DNA of 64,000 nucleotides, taken from positions 1 to 64,000 of the forward strand of contig JBFLGF010000197.1 of assembly GCA_050230475.1 (NCBI GenBank). The letters run 5' to 3'. Under the pieces are notes generated by a model that was given only the letters and a program-made list of their open reading frames with translations, was not told where the DNA came from and made no database searches. Position numbers and translations under genes: made by a program. The stretch is from Ancylonema sp. (Eukaryota). Below, piece by piece: positions 50,364 through 62,975 of this stretch. Position 1 is the first letter of the stretch, and the number at the start of each line of letters is the position of its first letter.

Positions 50364-53071
50364 ATGGAGGCCATGACGGCGACGGTGGCGTGTAGTGTGG
50401 CGAAGTGCGTGATTCCTGGAGGGGCTGGTCGTCCTCGCTGTTCTGATCGAGCTACTTGTCGCTTACCAGCTGGATCGAATGTGTCTTTCTCAGCTTCATC
50501 TTCCGTTGGAATCCATTGCAGCCGCTCACGAAATCTGGCAGCTGAACGACCCTCTTTGTCTGCATCACAGCACCTACCTTCCAGCGCACAATTCTGCTCT
50601 GAGAAAATTGGGGTAGGAGCTGGGAGATCGAGTGGAAAGCAAAGAAGAGTAAATGCCGTCTTGGAACAGACCAGGCCCGGAGAATCAGAAAATAAGATTG
50701 TCTTCCCTCCGACTCCAATCTGGCTGTCTGATGTGATCGGCCGCCAGCAAAAACCGTATTTTTTGAATCGGGCGTGGACCAAGAAAGATATATCCTATGC
50801 CACCTACATGGTGGCGGTTCACGGTCTCTGCTTGTTAGCACCATTCACATTTTCGTGGGATGCGTTCGGCTGTTTCGGCATCATGTACATTATAACAGGT
50901 AAAATCGCGGAGCGCCAAAGCTGGGGACCCTGTCAGAAAATTAAAAGTTGAGGAGTCAAATGGGAAAGCTTTGTTTCACTGTCTTGTGCTTTCACGGGCC
51001 CCAGCTGGATCAGTCTCTTCTGTAGCGCAAGCTTGTGAGGCCAATATCAATAAAGGTCAATACATCGGTAGTTATGCTGGTTGCATCTGCATACAGTACT
51101 TAAGACGGTGTGTGTTCTGTGTATTGAGCGGGACAAAGGTGCAGCAGCTATTTTTACAGTGCACGTGGTGGATAATGGCCAATTTTTGTAGTCATCGGAA
51201 GTCGGATTCCTTTGTGCGTTTAGGGATAGGCTGCATACTTAAAGTGCCTGGGAATTGGAGAGTGACTGACTGGTACATTTCATTGAAGGCGATCCTTTCT
51301 GTCGTAAGCTGCACATGGGTGACAGGTTATGAAAACAGCTGAAATGTATTCTCGGACAGTCTCTCGCTGTTAACAGGAAGCTCACGGGTTTCCCTCCTGT
51401 CTTACACAGGAATGTTTGGCATCACCCTTTCCTTCCATCGCCAGCTGTCGCACAAGAGCTTCAAGACGCCCAAGTGGCTCGAGTACCTGTTCGCATATTG
51501 TGGAGTGCTCTCTGTGCAGGTGCAGATTACAGCTATCTCTGTATTTAATTGATGATTGGCCCTGTCTGTCTTTATTTTCCTTATTTTACCTGTTTCGTCT
51601 GAGCATACAAGTGGCCTTCTCTTCTCGATCTTCATCATCCTGACCTTCTGACATGTGGCGTGGTCACGTGGCAGGGTGACCCCTTAGAGTGGGTTTCCGC
51701 TCACCGGTACCATCATCAACATTGCGACACGCCTCAGGACCCACACACACCTCACGAGGGCTTTTGGCACTCACACATGGGCTGGCTGCTCGATGACAAG
51801 GCCACCACAGCCAGGGTAGGATATTCTCACAGGGACAGGGAGGCTTTGCAGATTGGTTGATAAGTGGCTGAAACGGGAGAAGTGGAAGAACAGGGGTGTG
51901 GGAAACTGGGGGGAGTGGTCTTAAGGGTTAGAGAGGAGTTCTCACATGGTGATGTGAAGCACACCATATCCAGACTCTCCCTTGTCTTTCTGAAACTCTG
52001 GGAGAATGTATGGAAGGAATAAGTGTGGTCGATGGTTGAAGGAAACCAACAACCACACTGCCAAATCGATTTGAGGCACTGAGTGGTAAGCGTTTGGCTG
52101 CTGACAGCTGTACCTCTGCACTTTGCACAGGTTGGAGCCCAAGCAAACGTTGCTGACATGGAAAAGCAGCCGTTTTACACTTGGATCCGAGACACGTACA
52201 CGTACCATGTGGTTGCCATGGCCATCGCTCTGTACGCCCTCGGAGGTCTACCCTTCCTTGTCTGGGGCTTGGTAAGGAGTGCCAAGGGGCAGGAGAGAAG
52301 GTTTCTACAGCACACATGGGCGTCATTTCGGTGTATAACTTTACAACAAAGCCTGTGCTCTACACGCCTGCAACAAGGACGGAATGTCGTGAATAGTACC
52401 ACATATTTATGATGGAGGGCGTGGAGTGGTTTGTCGTTTGGCAGGCAGTGCGCGTCGTGTGGGTGTATCACATCACGTGGGCGGTGAACTCAGCAGCGCA
52501 TGTGTGGGGATTCCAGTCGTGGAAAACGGGTGACCTCTCCAGGAACAATTGGTGAGGACACACACTGCTACTGTCACGTTTTTTTGTGAGGGAGGGAGAG
52601 GGAGAGGGAGAGGGAGTGGGAGTGGGAGAGGGAGAGGGAGTGGGAGCATGGATTGTATATCAGATACCACATCGAACGGTCCAGTATAAACCAGTGGAAG
52701 ACTTGGGAGGCTCCTTTTATGGAGAAATATGTCATCTGAATTTGGGAATGTTGTAATCATTAGGCAGACGATGATTTGAGAAATGTTTACCATCAACAGC
52801 CTTGGTGGTTATGGCATACATCATTCTAGACTCCAAACTCATTTTCGAAATGCTTTTTCTGCATGGCAGGTGGGTGGCTCTTCTAGCATTTGGGGAGGGG
52901 TGGCATAACAACCACCACGCGTTTGAGTACTCTGCTCGCCACGGCCTCGAGTGGTGGCAAGTAGATGTTACGTGGCTTACGGTACGCGCGCTAGAGGTAC
53001 TAGGATTGGCTACGAAGGTGCGGTACCCGACCAAGGAACACATGGCAAAACTCGCCCTGCAGACAGAGTAG
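50364..53071 (+). CDS. Plastid acyl-lipid delta-7/delta-9 desaturase (FAD5/ADS family); exons 50364-50898, 51410-51519, 51675-51815, 52131-52271, 52445-52551, 52870-53071
   Basis: His boxes HRQLSH, HRYHH and GEGWHNNHH, plus FEYSARHGLEWWQVD and a transit peptide. Phases are consistent. Confidence 0.9.
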
Positions 53072-54280
53072 ATATAAAGGAGATGGGGTGGACTATCAGA
53101 GACTGAGTGATTTCTGAGATTTGGAAGTTTTGAACGTGGGTGAGGTTGGAGAAGACATGGAACCTGATTGGGAGGAGTGAAGTAAGAGGTAGAAGTTGGT
53201 CATTGACTGTGAATGCTCTTTTCCACGTGTCAATTTTCGTGCCACCTCCTTGTGTGCACGCATGCATGCTATGCTTTCTATCAAACATTTGCAGATGTGG
53301 ATGGACTTGAAATACTGATTTGACATTTTAGCCAGGGTTGATGTTTGATTCCGTGATTAGATAAGATTGTGGAATAAATGTGAACAATGTCTAAAATTTG
53401 ATTACATACAGAAAGGTAGACGAAAAATGATGCAAAACAACGTTGTGAAAGAAAAAGTGTGTCACGAAATGGTTGTATGGATTTTCACCATTGCCCAACT
53501 CGGAAATGCGAATAGTGGTTTGCATCCTCTTATTCATTCTCGGGAATCTAGGGTGTGGAGTTAGTGATGTTGAATGGTTTTGTAGGTAGTTTTTTTTGAT
53601 CACGACTCGAGCATATCCACATGAGCGACTCTGTACCAAGATGCATAACTTCCATATCTCCTCTCTTCTCTTCTCTTCCTTCTTCATGAGTTGCGAACAA
53701 TGAGCTATAATCCACAAAATGTAATATCAAAAAGATGTGTGGTTGATGCTGTCATCGTTTGGAACCTTCTTACTCATACTGGTGATTCATATCAACACTC
53801 TTGCCGCGTGAATGGTGTTTGACTATTTGGGCTAACTACATGAGTACCAATCGTATGATTTCTATTATCAGGATAACTTAACTGAAGTCGAACACACAAA
53901 CTCTTGATAACCGAGTACCAGAATCCGTCCTCCTTCAAAAGAAAAAGTACAGTGTATGCAAATACTTATTAAGGTTCAATAACAACAAATGGTAAGCATC
54001 ACCCCAAATGAGGTTGGTCTTTGTATGTACTTTTGTGCATATAGATGTACTTATGTACAATTCCATCATCTTTGGGTCTTTTTGTGTGCTGACATTCAAG
54101 TTGCATGTAACATTGAAACATCATCCACTTTGTCGCTAATGCACTTTGACAAGTCGCATTAGTGCATTTGATGGAAATAATGGATTGAGTTAAATAGAAT
54201 TGTAGTGTTCATGCCACATCAAGCCGCATCCTCTCATCTACGGGGACAATTCGATATTGAGGATAGATCTTTTTAGTTTA

Positions 54281-54412
54281 GAGTTGCATTTTGTCGCTAG
54301 TTTTGTATAGCACGATTGGCTCACATATTTGTCGTTTTTAGGATATGTAGTTTCTTTACAAGCACGTTCTTGTAATGAGATGAGAGTCCCGTCGTTTTTC
54401 TACAATACACAA
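54281..54412 (+). mobile_element. CRE-like element 3' UTR fragment
   Basis: GCTCACATATTTGTCGTTTTTAGGATATGTAGTTTCTTTACA..CACGTTCTTGTAATGAGATG is shared with the other copies. Confidence 0.75.
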
Positions 54413-54597
54413 ATCTCCCTCATTAAGTTTAATACCGACGAAATTGTAGAATGGACTAAATGACCCTATATGCATATTTTGCATACCACTCACTGGCCTC
54501 TCTTGATTGAGTGAGCTCCATAGAACCACACACCGCACTCTGTCACGACACATTGCTTGGGTCGTCTGACTCGGAAGCTTATTACGATGGACACACC

Positions 54598-55241
54598 TAG
54601 CATGGGGCCCAGTCTCCCAGTCTGGACCCAGTCCGGACTGGTGGTGAGAAGGAATGAAGTAGAGAGTGGAGACTAGGGTTTTGGGATGGCAAAGAGGAAG
54701 ATTAGGTTAGACTAGGTTGGACCGGGTTTTCGGGTTGGGCACATGTGTTCTTTAACTGGGCACGTGCAAAGATATCGAAAAAAGAAAAACAAGGTAACAA
54801 ATAAATGAATCAATATGTGAAAAGTAACCCCGCGGAAAAAAGGGCTTGTTTATTTTTTTAACGGTTCGAACTGGAGACTGGCCAATCTCATCCAACTCCG
54901 GTGACTTCCATGGTCTAATGAGGCTGGGTTTTCGGTATGATAGAAAGATTGGGCAAGTTTGTAATAAGGCTGGATATGCGTGTAAGAAGGTTGGGCACGA
55001 GTGGATTATTACTTGACACAAAACGCGATCAGAACTTTACGGACCGGCAGACTGGCCTCGGACTGGGCCGGACTGGAGGACTTCAGAATGGTTGCATTAG
55101 ACTGGCAGACTGGGGCCGCTGACTGGGCTTGGGATAAAAGATTGGACTGCTGGATTGGGGGCCAGTCTAATCCGGACTGGCCGGTCTAATGAAAGGGCGA
55201 GCCCCAGTTCAGGCCTTCAATTAGATTTGGCCCCCATACTG
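54598..55241. mobile_element. Non-autonomous hAT-type DNA transposon (MITE), 644 bp
   Basis: 8-bp TSD GACACACC at 54590-54597 and 55242-55249. Imperfect TIRs TAGCATGGGGCC / GGCCCCCATACTG. Many subterminal GACTGG/CCAGTC motifs. Confidence 0.8.
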
Positions 55242-56423
55242 GACACACCGGTCTGATCATACGCCGACCTTGTTGCGAGTAACATTACTCATTTGCAAGT
55301 AAAGAGGGAAATTTCGGAGTGAAAAGGAAACTAGACATGTTGGGGAAGCGATTGGCACATGAAGAAGAGGCATGTGTGCCATCATGGCAATGCCACGCAT
55401 ATAGCGATTCTAGGAAGAGCCTTTACGCATAGGTAGTGAGGGGGCTAGGTTACAAATAAGGAGTAGACTTTACACTTGGTGAATAAGTGGAAGTAATGGT
55501 GATGATCTGCATTGAGCACTTGAGCAAGTGGGTGGAGTAAGTGCCTATATAGCATTGTGCCGAGATTTATCATTGTGACTATGTTAACATAATCGTGGAT
55601 AGTCGGCCCCTTAGTAGTCATTTGAATTCTTCATTTCTTGTGTGCAAACACTTTTCACTCCAATGCATGACGTCATACTGCGACAACCAATCGAAGCATA
55701 TGTGACTCGCTACAAGAGAAGCCTCGCACACATGGCGTGCCTAATCGGTCAAATTAGCCAAATGATGTCAGGTTTCGGAACTTTGATTAGGTGGTCGCAA
55801 AGTGGCAAAAGTCCGTCAGTATGGGGGAAACATCCACCTCGCTAACTCTTTGACTGGTTCTAGGCGGACGTGACAGATGTGCTGAGCCAAAGGGTAGTGG
55901 GAGGGTTGTAGGCGCACGAGCTCAACAACCTTAAATCAACGAGCAGGTTTTGGTCGACCTCTTCGTTGTAGAAACTGGGCAGATTGGTGGAAATCGTCTC
56001 TCTTCAGTTCGCCGAATTTGCTCAAAGCACTAGATCTCGTTTCACATTCATGGAGTACTTGTTATGTGTTGTCATCACTTTTCAAGCCCCACATCATCCA
56101 GGATGGTTGGCATCGACATGCTTTCACTCCCCCGTCTCCACACCAAATGTGTGCACTGGTGGTGGAATGACAGATGCAAATGATACATTGTGTATATCAC
56201 GGAGCGCACACAAATCCATTACAATGCGGATGACAATTGATTGTCCTTTCAGTGCTAAAGCATACTCGTTTATGTCCCTTCCAACCCATACATTGCTTCA
56301 TTCTAACTTGCACCTGCACATGCATTGCCTCAAAAGTAACGAACATGAAGAACAAAAGGCTAATCTGATCGCCTGCTGTGAAGTCTTGCACCACCACCAT
56401 CATCACTGTCAACACTGTCAGTG

Positions 56424-58756
56424 CTACGAAGTCGTGAGTGTGTTGGAAAGGCGAGTCATCATCGTCACCTTCTGCGCATAGGAGTAGCTAGGGTTTATCT
56501 GCGCCAACCCAAGTCAGACGCAACGGAATGGAGTTAGTGCCCATTTCCGGCCTCCCCCTCCTCCGCCCCTCCACTCTCACCTGCAGCGTTGCCAGGGAAC
56601 GGTGGGCAAACGCTTTGGCGGCTGGTCCTGCTGAGTCTGGGAGGTTATTGACAATCGCCAGCAGGCCCTCCCTCTGCTGGGCTGCGCTGAGGTGGCGGGC
56701 TCCCGTGTAGCTCTCCACCAGCGCTTCCAGGGCCGGGCCACGATCCAACAGCAGCCCCCTTTGCTCCTGAATGATGAATGAGGCAAGGCAGGCAAACAGG
56801 TTGACTGTACGTTCAGGCAGCACAGAGGGCCAAAAAGGCCTAGACAATGAGACACACCCCTACAACCTAAACCGTAAACCCTAAACCCTAAACCCTAAAT
56901 CCTAACACCTAAACCCTAACCCCTGAACCCTGAACCCTGAACCCTAAACCCTAAACCCTAAACCCTAAACCATAAATCGAAAAATTTCACAATTCCAAAA
57001 CCCAAAACCCAAATCCGGAATTCCGAAGCCCTTATGACCCTACCTGCCACTGCTCCTCTGACTGGATGCCGCACTCCCCCATCAGAAAGTCTTTGGCCGA
57101 GTCCATGAACTCCGGGAGGGAGGGGAGGGGGCCGTCCTCCACCTCCGGATTGGTCCCTGACGTGTCCATCAAGTACTCCGGCTCTAAGTGCAAACTGAAG
57201 TGCGACTGCAGCTGGCGCCCGATGCTGTCCTCCAGATCCCTCTCGAACAGAGCGATATCATAAATGCGCTGCGCCTCCGCGCTCAGCTGGGCCTCCTGCT
57301 GGCCCCCCCCTGGCTGCTGTCGTGTCCTCTGACGAGGAGGCTGGGAGGCTGGGCCCCTGCCCCCCCCTGGGGCCTGCCTGCTGCGCTCTCTACTGGCTCC
57401 AGGCGCCTGGCTGTACTGCGGCCTCTGCCGCCCGCTGATGTCGATAGAGAACTGATCCACTGACGAGCGCCGCGACCGCTCCAGCTGGCGCTGCACTCCT
57501 TGGTTGATCACTGACATGGCGCGGGAGCGCGCCTCTTCTCTTGACAACGGCTCAGCTTTGATGGCGGGGGGGGGCTGGGCACCCCCCCTCCCCGCCCCCC
57601 TTTCTCCTCCTCTTACTACTGGTGCCCCTATTGGCGGCCGCCTCCTACCTCCCTCTGCTGATAGCATGGAGGCCACCTCTGCAGCCGCAGATGGAGGCGG
57701 AGGGAGGGGGGCTCCCCTCCCCCCTGCTTGCGCCCTCGCCGCTGACCCAGCCCTTTCTACCACCCTCCCACTCAGGGCTGGCTGGGGCCGACCTGCTGTG
57801 CTGTCAAGCAACAGCTCCTCCAGAGCCACCAACTCCTCCTTCACTCTCACCTCCTCTGCCCTCTCTGTGTTAGCTTCGGGTGTCACATCCGCAGATGCTT
57901 CCTGAGAAGGAGGAGTGGTGGGGAGAAGTGATAGGGCAACCTCCTCGTTCTCCTCCTCTTCTTCCTCCTCCTTCTCCTCCTGCTGACTGGTACTCAAGGC
58001 CCCCATCGCCTACATCCGGTGGCGGATGGCCTGGCGCTCATCAGGTGTGAGCGCGACCTCCGCCTGGGCCTCTTCAGGATCTCCGAACACATCGTGTGCT
58101 GCATCCGGAATTCCGTCCACCTCCCCAGCCGTGGAAGTTGTGGTCAAAGGTTGCGACCTCCGTTCCAGCTGAGCAGCGGCCGCTTCCATTTTGCCGATGT
58201 CACCGACATTAGCATACAGCTCAATCAAGGCCTCGAGTGCCGCTGCATCCACTTCCATGCGCCCTCGCTCGGCCTCCTGTAGGAGCCGATCCACAGCCTT
58301 CACATTCCCGGCCCGCGCCAGAGCAGTGACGGCCCCACTCAGGGCCGCAGGCTCGGGGAGCAGACCGTTGTCAAGCAAACGACTCACAACATCCTGCACT
58401 TTCTCCAATTGCCCCGCACTGACGTACGCAAGAAGCATCGCAGAGAGTGTCTTTGATGATGCGGACGACGCAACAACCCGTGGTGGCGGCTCTGGCACAT
58501 ATTGAGAAGCTGATGTGTTTGGGGATGTTAGTTTCTCAATGCCTCCTCTTCCACGACCTCTGCTACGGCCCACATCCAGCGGCACGACCACATCTACACC
58601 GGATACCGAGCTCGGGGAAGTATGTGGTTGGGGCGAACCGTCCCTACGAACTGCCCCGATTGGCAGGTCTCCTACCACCCTTCCCCGCCCTCGTCCTGCG
58701 GCTGCTGTGCTGTAACGGCTGAGGGCAAACGGCAATTGCGTCCCAAACGAGCGCAT
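56424..58756 (-). CDS. Putative mitochondrial protein: PPR-like repeats plus At1g53645-like (mitoribosomal mS31/46-like) C-terminus; exons 58756-57044 (in-frame TAG at 58012-58010), 56766-56581, 56498-56424
   Basis: N-terminal YSTAAAGRGRG. C-terminal LEPEYLM...NPEVEDGPLPSL...GIQSEEQW...PALEALVESYTG...LPDSAGPAAKAFAHRSLATLQ|INPSYSYAQK follows the recalled family pattern. Confidence 0.65.
56864..56976. repeat. Interstitial plant telomere-type repeat (CCCTAAA)n with CCCTGAA variants, intronic
   Basis: Directly visible. Confidence 0.92.
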
Positions 58757-59323
58757 CTCCGCCTGCCAGATCCCGCGCGAAATGTAGTCTTACATTTACA
58801 GAGGCCGTGTTAATCAGAAATTGCGCTCTGCGCAAAAGCTGAGATTATCCTTTTCTAGATCATTGTCGGACTAAATCACGCACCCGGGGGCGAGCAGTAA
58901 ACCTGTTGGAAATGCGAATTTTGGCATACGCCCTTTCTTGTAACATCTGCCAATTCTGTGATTATGTCGTCTCGCAGTAAAACGCCAGTTGACTTAAAAA
59001 AGTCGTATGTGTGTATGTTGGCCAGGCGGACGACACACGTGCGTAAAGATCGGACGGCCTTAGTCCGCCCTCCCCACAAATTATGATTCCGTACCAACCA
59101 GATTGAACCCCCCGCTGATTTACTTTTAGAAACCCCCCAACACTGCAGCCTGTCCAGATTGTGACTTCCAACTGCCACCATGTATGCACGACATTGTCGC
59201 GAAGCCGAGTGCCTGAAAAGGACATTGTATACAGGTCAAAAATACTAAAAGTGGCTGAAATGCCGCAGGCTGGTGTGTGAGTGGAAGCGACATCATGATC
59301 ACTCAAGAACACAGGGCACACAC

Positions 59324-60745
59324 TGTTAGGAACTTAGCCAAATTGGATGTTTCCTAACAATCCCCCTCTCAGACCCATATGGCTATGCTACTACCATCAG
59401 TCTAAAAAGAAAACTCTAGTCAGCCCTCACTAGGGTGCCTGACCCAATCCTCATCGATACCTAGCTACAGGACTCTCTGAGGCCGAGTCCGATTCGCAGA
59501 GATCCAGACTTCTTTTTCACCCGCCAGATCGTGCTCAAGTCCCGATGAATCGTCTTCAGCGCCGTCGAAGACATTCCAAAACGGAGGCTTGAATGTCCCC
59601 AAAGAAGAATCTTTGCTCCTCTACAATCCGGGCATACTGTCATGGGTCTCACTTGAGGTATGGCTTCCCTGATCAATGAGCATCTCATCATGGACAGCTG
59701 GCAGTGCCAACACGAAAGTTGGAAGTCCACCCCCCACCTCGGCATGTTGAGTGGCAGCCCAGCCGACCCCTTCTCTGTATGATGATTTGCATCATTTTCG
59801 GAGGGCACCGCCAACCCCACCATTGCATCCAAGTCTGTAGTGGGAGTTCTACAGACTACTGTGCCTCTACCGTTTTTCATCCTCTGAGATTCTGCCTACA
59901 ATATCTCCTACACTATTCTTGATCATTGAGCAGTTGTGAGTTGTCGTCCACTTTGCGTGGACAATGGTATACCTCGCCTTACAAAGTCTCTGTAGACTGA
60001 GCAAGTCGGTGGCAGATTTTGAAACGTACAATGTATCGTACAAATGCAACACCACCGGACTGCCCGAGTTATCCCAACACTCTATTTTGGCAGATCCCTC
60101 AAAGGTCACAGTCACATCTCCTGGGAATCCTCTCATTTCAATAAGCTATGTCAGTTGTTTCACATCCCACAACAGCTTCAAGTTGTTGCACACGTGCCTA
60201 CAAGCACCAAAATATGCAAGCCACTCCAATTCATTCTCAGGCTCATTGGAGGGCACATATGGCATGTACTCCGAAACCACCATCCCCTCTTCTTCCCTTG
60301 CCTGTTCTCGTTTGGTCGCTTTGGCGAAGGAGACCTTGTTCTTGGTCTCTGGTCGTTGTAACTTATGCTTTCTCTTTTGTTTTGGTACTGGCTCCTTCAC
60401 CGTCTCATCTTGTCCTTGTTGTTTTGAAGTTGGCTTGGAGCGACAAGGTTTTGACAAATGTTTACTTTTCTTGCACAGATTGCACATTTCGTGCTTGGAT
60501 TCGCACTCTATTGCAAAATGGCCCACTTCACCACAGCAATAGCAAGTTCTATGTTAAGTTTGTCGTCTGATCTCTAACTTAGACCTTCTTAACCACTCGT
60601 TTCCACCTAAACTACTTCCACTGGTGTTTCGAGCGTAGTTGGCCTTCTCATTCTCGCTCTCGTTTCTGGCATTTAGCCCCTCCTCATGCGCATTTAGCCC
60701 CTCCTCACTCAGACCGAATGAGGTCTGAGTGCAAAGGTTACACAT
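59324..60745 (-). mobile_element. Degenerate Ty1/copia LTR retrotransposon remnant (gag zinc knuckles, protease, GAG-pre-integrase, PPT, short 3' LTR-like end)
   Basis: CYCCGEVGHFAIEC and CNLCKKSKHLSKPC knuckles. WLAYFGACRHVC (decayed WxxDSGAxxH). LYDTLYV..ATDLLSL. WH...CPDCRGAK. PPT GAGAGGGGGA at 59370-59361, then TG. No RT or RNase H seen. Confidence 0.75.
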
Positions 60746-62448
60746 TGTATTTATTTCCAGCTGCCTATGCGTCTATGATCGTTATGCGGCGTCGCTAAGC
60801 TGGCTAGCTGACCGACATAGTTGCTACTCCATTCCTAGCCAAGTATTCAAAAAGCGACGTCACCTGGATCACTTCTACAACTAAATACAATGTATGGCTG
60901 CCGCAGAGCATCTCCAGCCGTACAATTGCGTAGCTGGCATCCGCTATCTATTGCCAAGTGTACATCGAAAATATCAATGCAAACGTTGCGCCTTGTCATT
61001 ACCCTAAAACGTACTACTTGCTCATACTGACAACACTGCCCTCAACGCGGTGTTATACATCCAATGAATTTGATGTAACGCATATGTGGAGCTACAACTG
61101 AATGGTTATATGCCGCTGGCAGTGTCCTCTGGGCATCCAGCAAGTGGCGGAGCTCTCATGATGTTTTCCATTACTACGATAAATAAAGCGTTCCATCGCG
61201 AAACGAAACTGCTCGACAAATACTTGAACCTGCGCATGTTCCAAATTGTCGTGTAGCCGCAAATACTCGTGCCCGCACTAATTCACCATATAGGCAAATT
61301 CACTTGTGCCCACAACAAATCATCATAGAGGCCCACGATCGTATGTTGTCCGACACAAGGTCATGTACACGTTCATACACACATGTGCATGAAATTTAAC
61401 ATAATATGAAACTTCGCTTGACATACAATTCTAAAAACCAAATATCTTTGGAAAGTGCAGTAGTGCTTGCTTCTCTACGAACACCTCACAAATCGGAATT
61501 CGTGAGTGTTTTGTATTGTCAAGACGTGGTATGATTTGTCAATAGATTTCGCAATGATGAGTGGGCGCCTACAATCTGACACTTCACACTAGTAGCTTGG
61601 GCTCCTTGTATTGTCAAGGAGTCAGAAAATGCCTTCTAGCATTTGCTTCTCGTGATAGTAAAAAGAAATCAAAACCCGAACACAATTCTCAGATTACAAA
61701 TTGGCTTAGCACGAGAATGTGTATCCTTTCGACGATTTATTAGTCTACTATCCGACGTTTTTGCATACAAACGATGTGGTTATTGTGTTTATCCCTCGTT
61801 TATTCTTCTATTTTATCGTCCTTTAAAATATGGATTGAATAGGATGTCTAGAACATAACTTCAACCAATTCAAAACTCCAACATGTCATGTGTACTAGTC
61901 AAATGTACATTCTCCTATTCCTTGCAACCACAATATTCACATTCATTGAGCTTCTCATTCGTTTACAAACTCACTCTCTAAATTATACCTTTGTACAAAC
62001 ACTACGTGAAGAACCAAATGCGAACGGTAATTGTCTCCTACAAACTTGTCTCGATATATACCATTTAAACGCCAAAATTTTTGTTGGAAAATTTGTCCTC
62101 CCAGACAACATCACCTACTTTCTGTGATGAATCCATCCACACCCGCTGGTATCAGAATCATCTATCTACACACATGTCTTCAGAGCTCCTCCAAAGTCAT
62201 TTTCTCTCCCACCACAAACTAGGTTGACACATGAGGGACACTTTTGGCATAAGTGTGTGTTGCAACGGCATATCACACAACCCATTTTGCCATTTTGCCC
62301 ATTCTTGTCAATGCGAAGTTTGCACCCATTTGCACAACACATTTTCGGAGCACATCGCGTGAATTATCACTCTAACGAAAATTCATCACATCTACCCCTC
62401 CACGCTATAAGTACACGAATGAGCTCATTCGCACTCCCTGCTAGAAAC

Positions 62449-62975
62449 TCATTCTTGCAACCCGATTTCGAAGGGGAACCAAGTCCACGTTTTGGGCCTC
62501 AAACTGTACGGCGTGCTTCCTTCCTTGTCCAATACCGAGGGGTCTGCTCCTGTCGCCAGAAGCTTCCTCGCAACTTCCTCATGCTCACATGTTGCTGCAT
62601 AGCTCAGCGCTGTTTGACCCTCTGAGTCCTGCAAAACCGTCCCCTAAACATGGTCATAAAAAAATCGTGGGAAAACGAACGTACTAAGACGTACCACTTC
62701 TTAAATGCCTCTTGTTAGTAGCGAAACGCAACCATGTGGCCCAATAGGACGACGCCATCTGGCCTCCTACTCAAGATTGCCAGCACCACAAATTTCTCTT
62801 CATTAAAAATCGTCGTTTGTAGTATCGACCCAAAAACATTGCTCCCTTGACCCACTCAGGAGCAACAACGCACACACCTTAAGGTCCACTGCCGCCCCCC
62901 CTGCCACCAGAACCTCCACAATGCTGACGTGGCCTCTATCTGCCGCCCAATGCAGAGCTGTGCGGCCCGTCTCAT
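62449..62975 (-). CDS. Last two exons (62975-62878, 62628-62449) of an ankyrin-repeat acyl-CoA-binding protein-like gene; 5' part not resolved or outside the window
   Basis: DETGRTALHWAADRGH...VDLK|DSEGQTALSYAATCEH...DKEGSTPYSL...WTW resembles the ACBP1/2-ACBD6 C-terminus. Confidence 0.7.

Noticed and set aside
60750..62400. Searched for the copia 5' LTR/PBS and additional genes
   Set aside because: No TGTTAGGAA/TTCCTAACA copy, PBS or coherent ORF was found.
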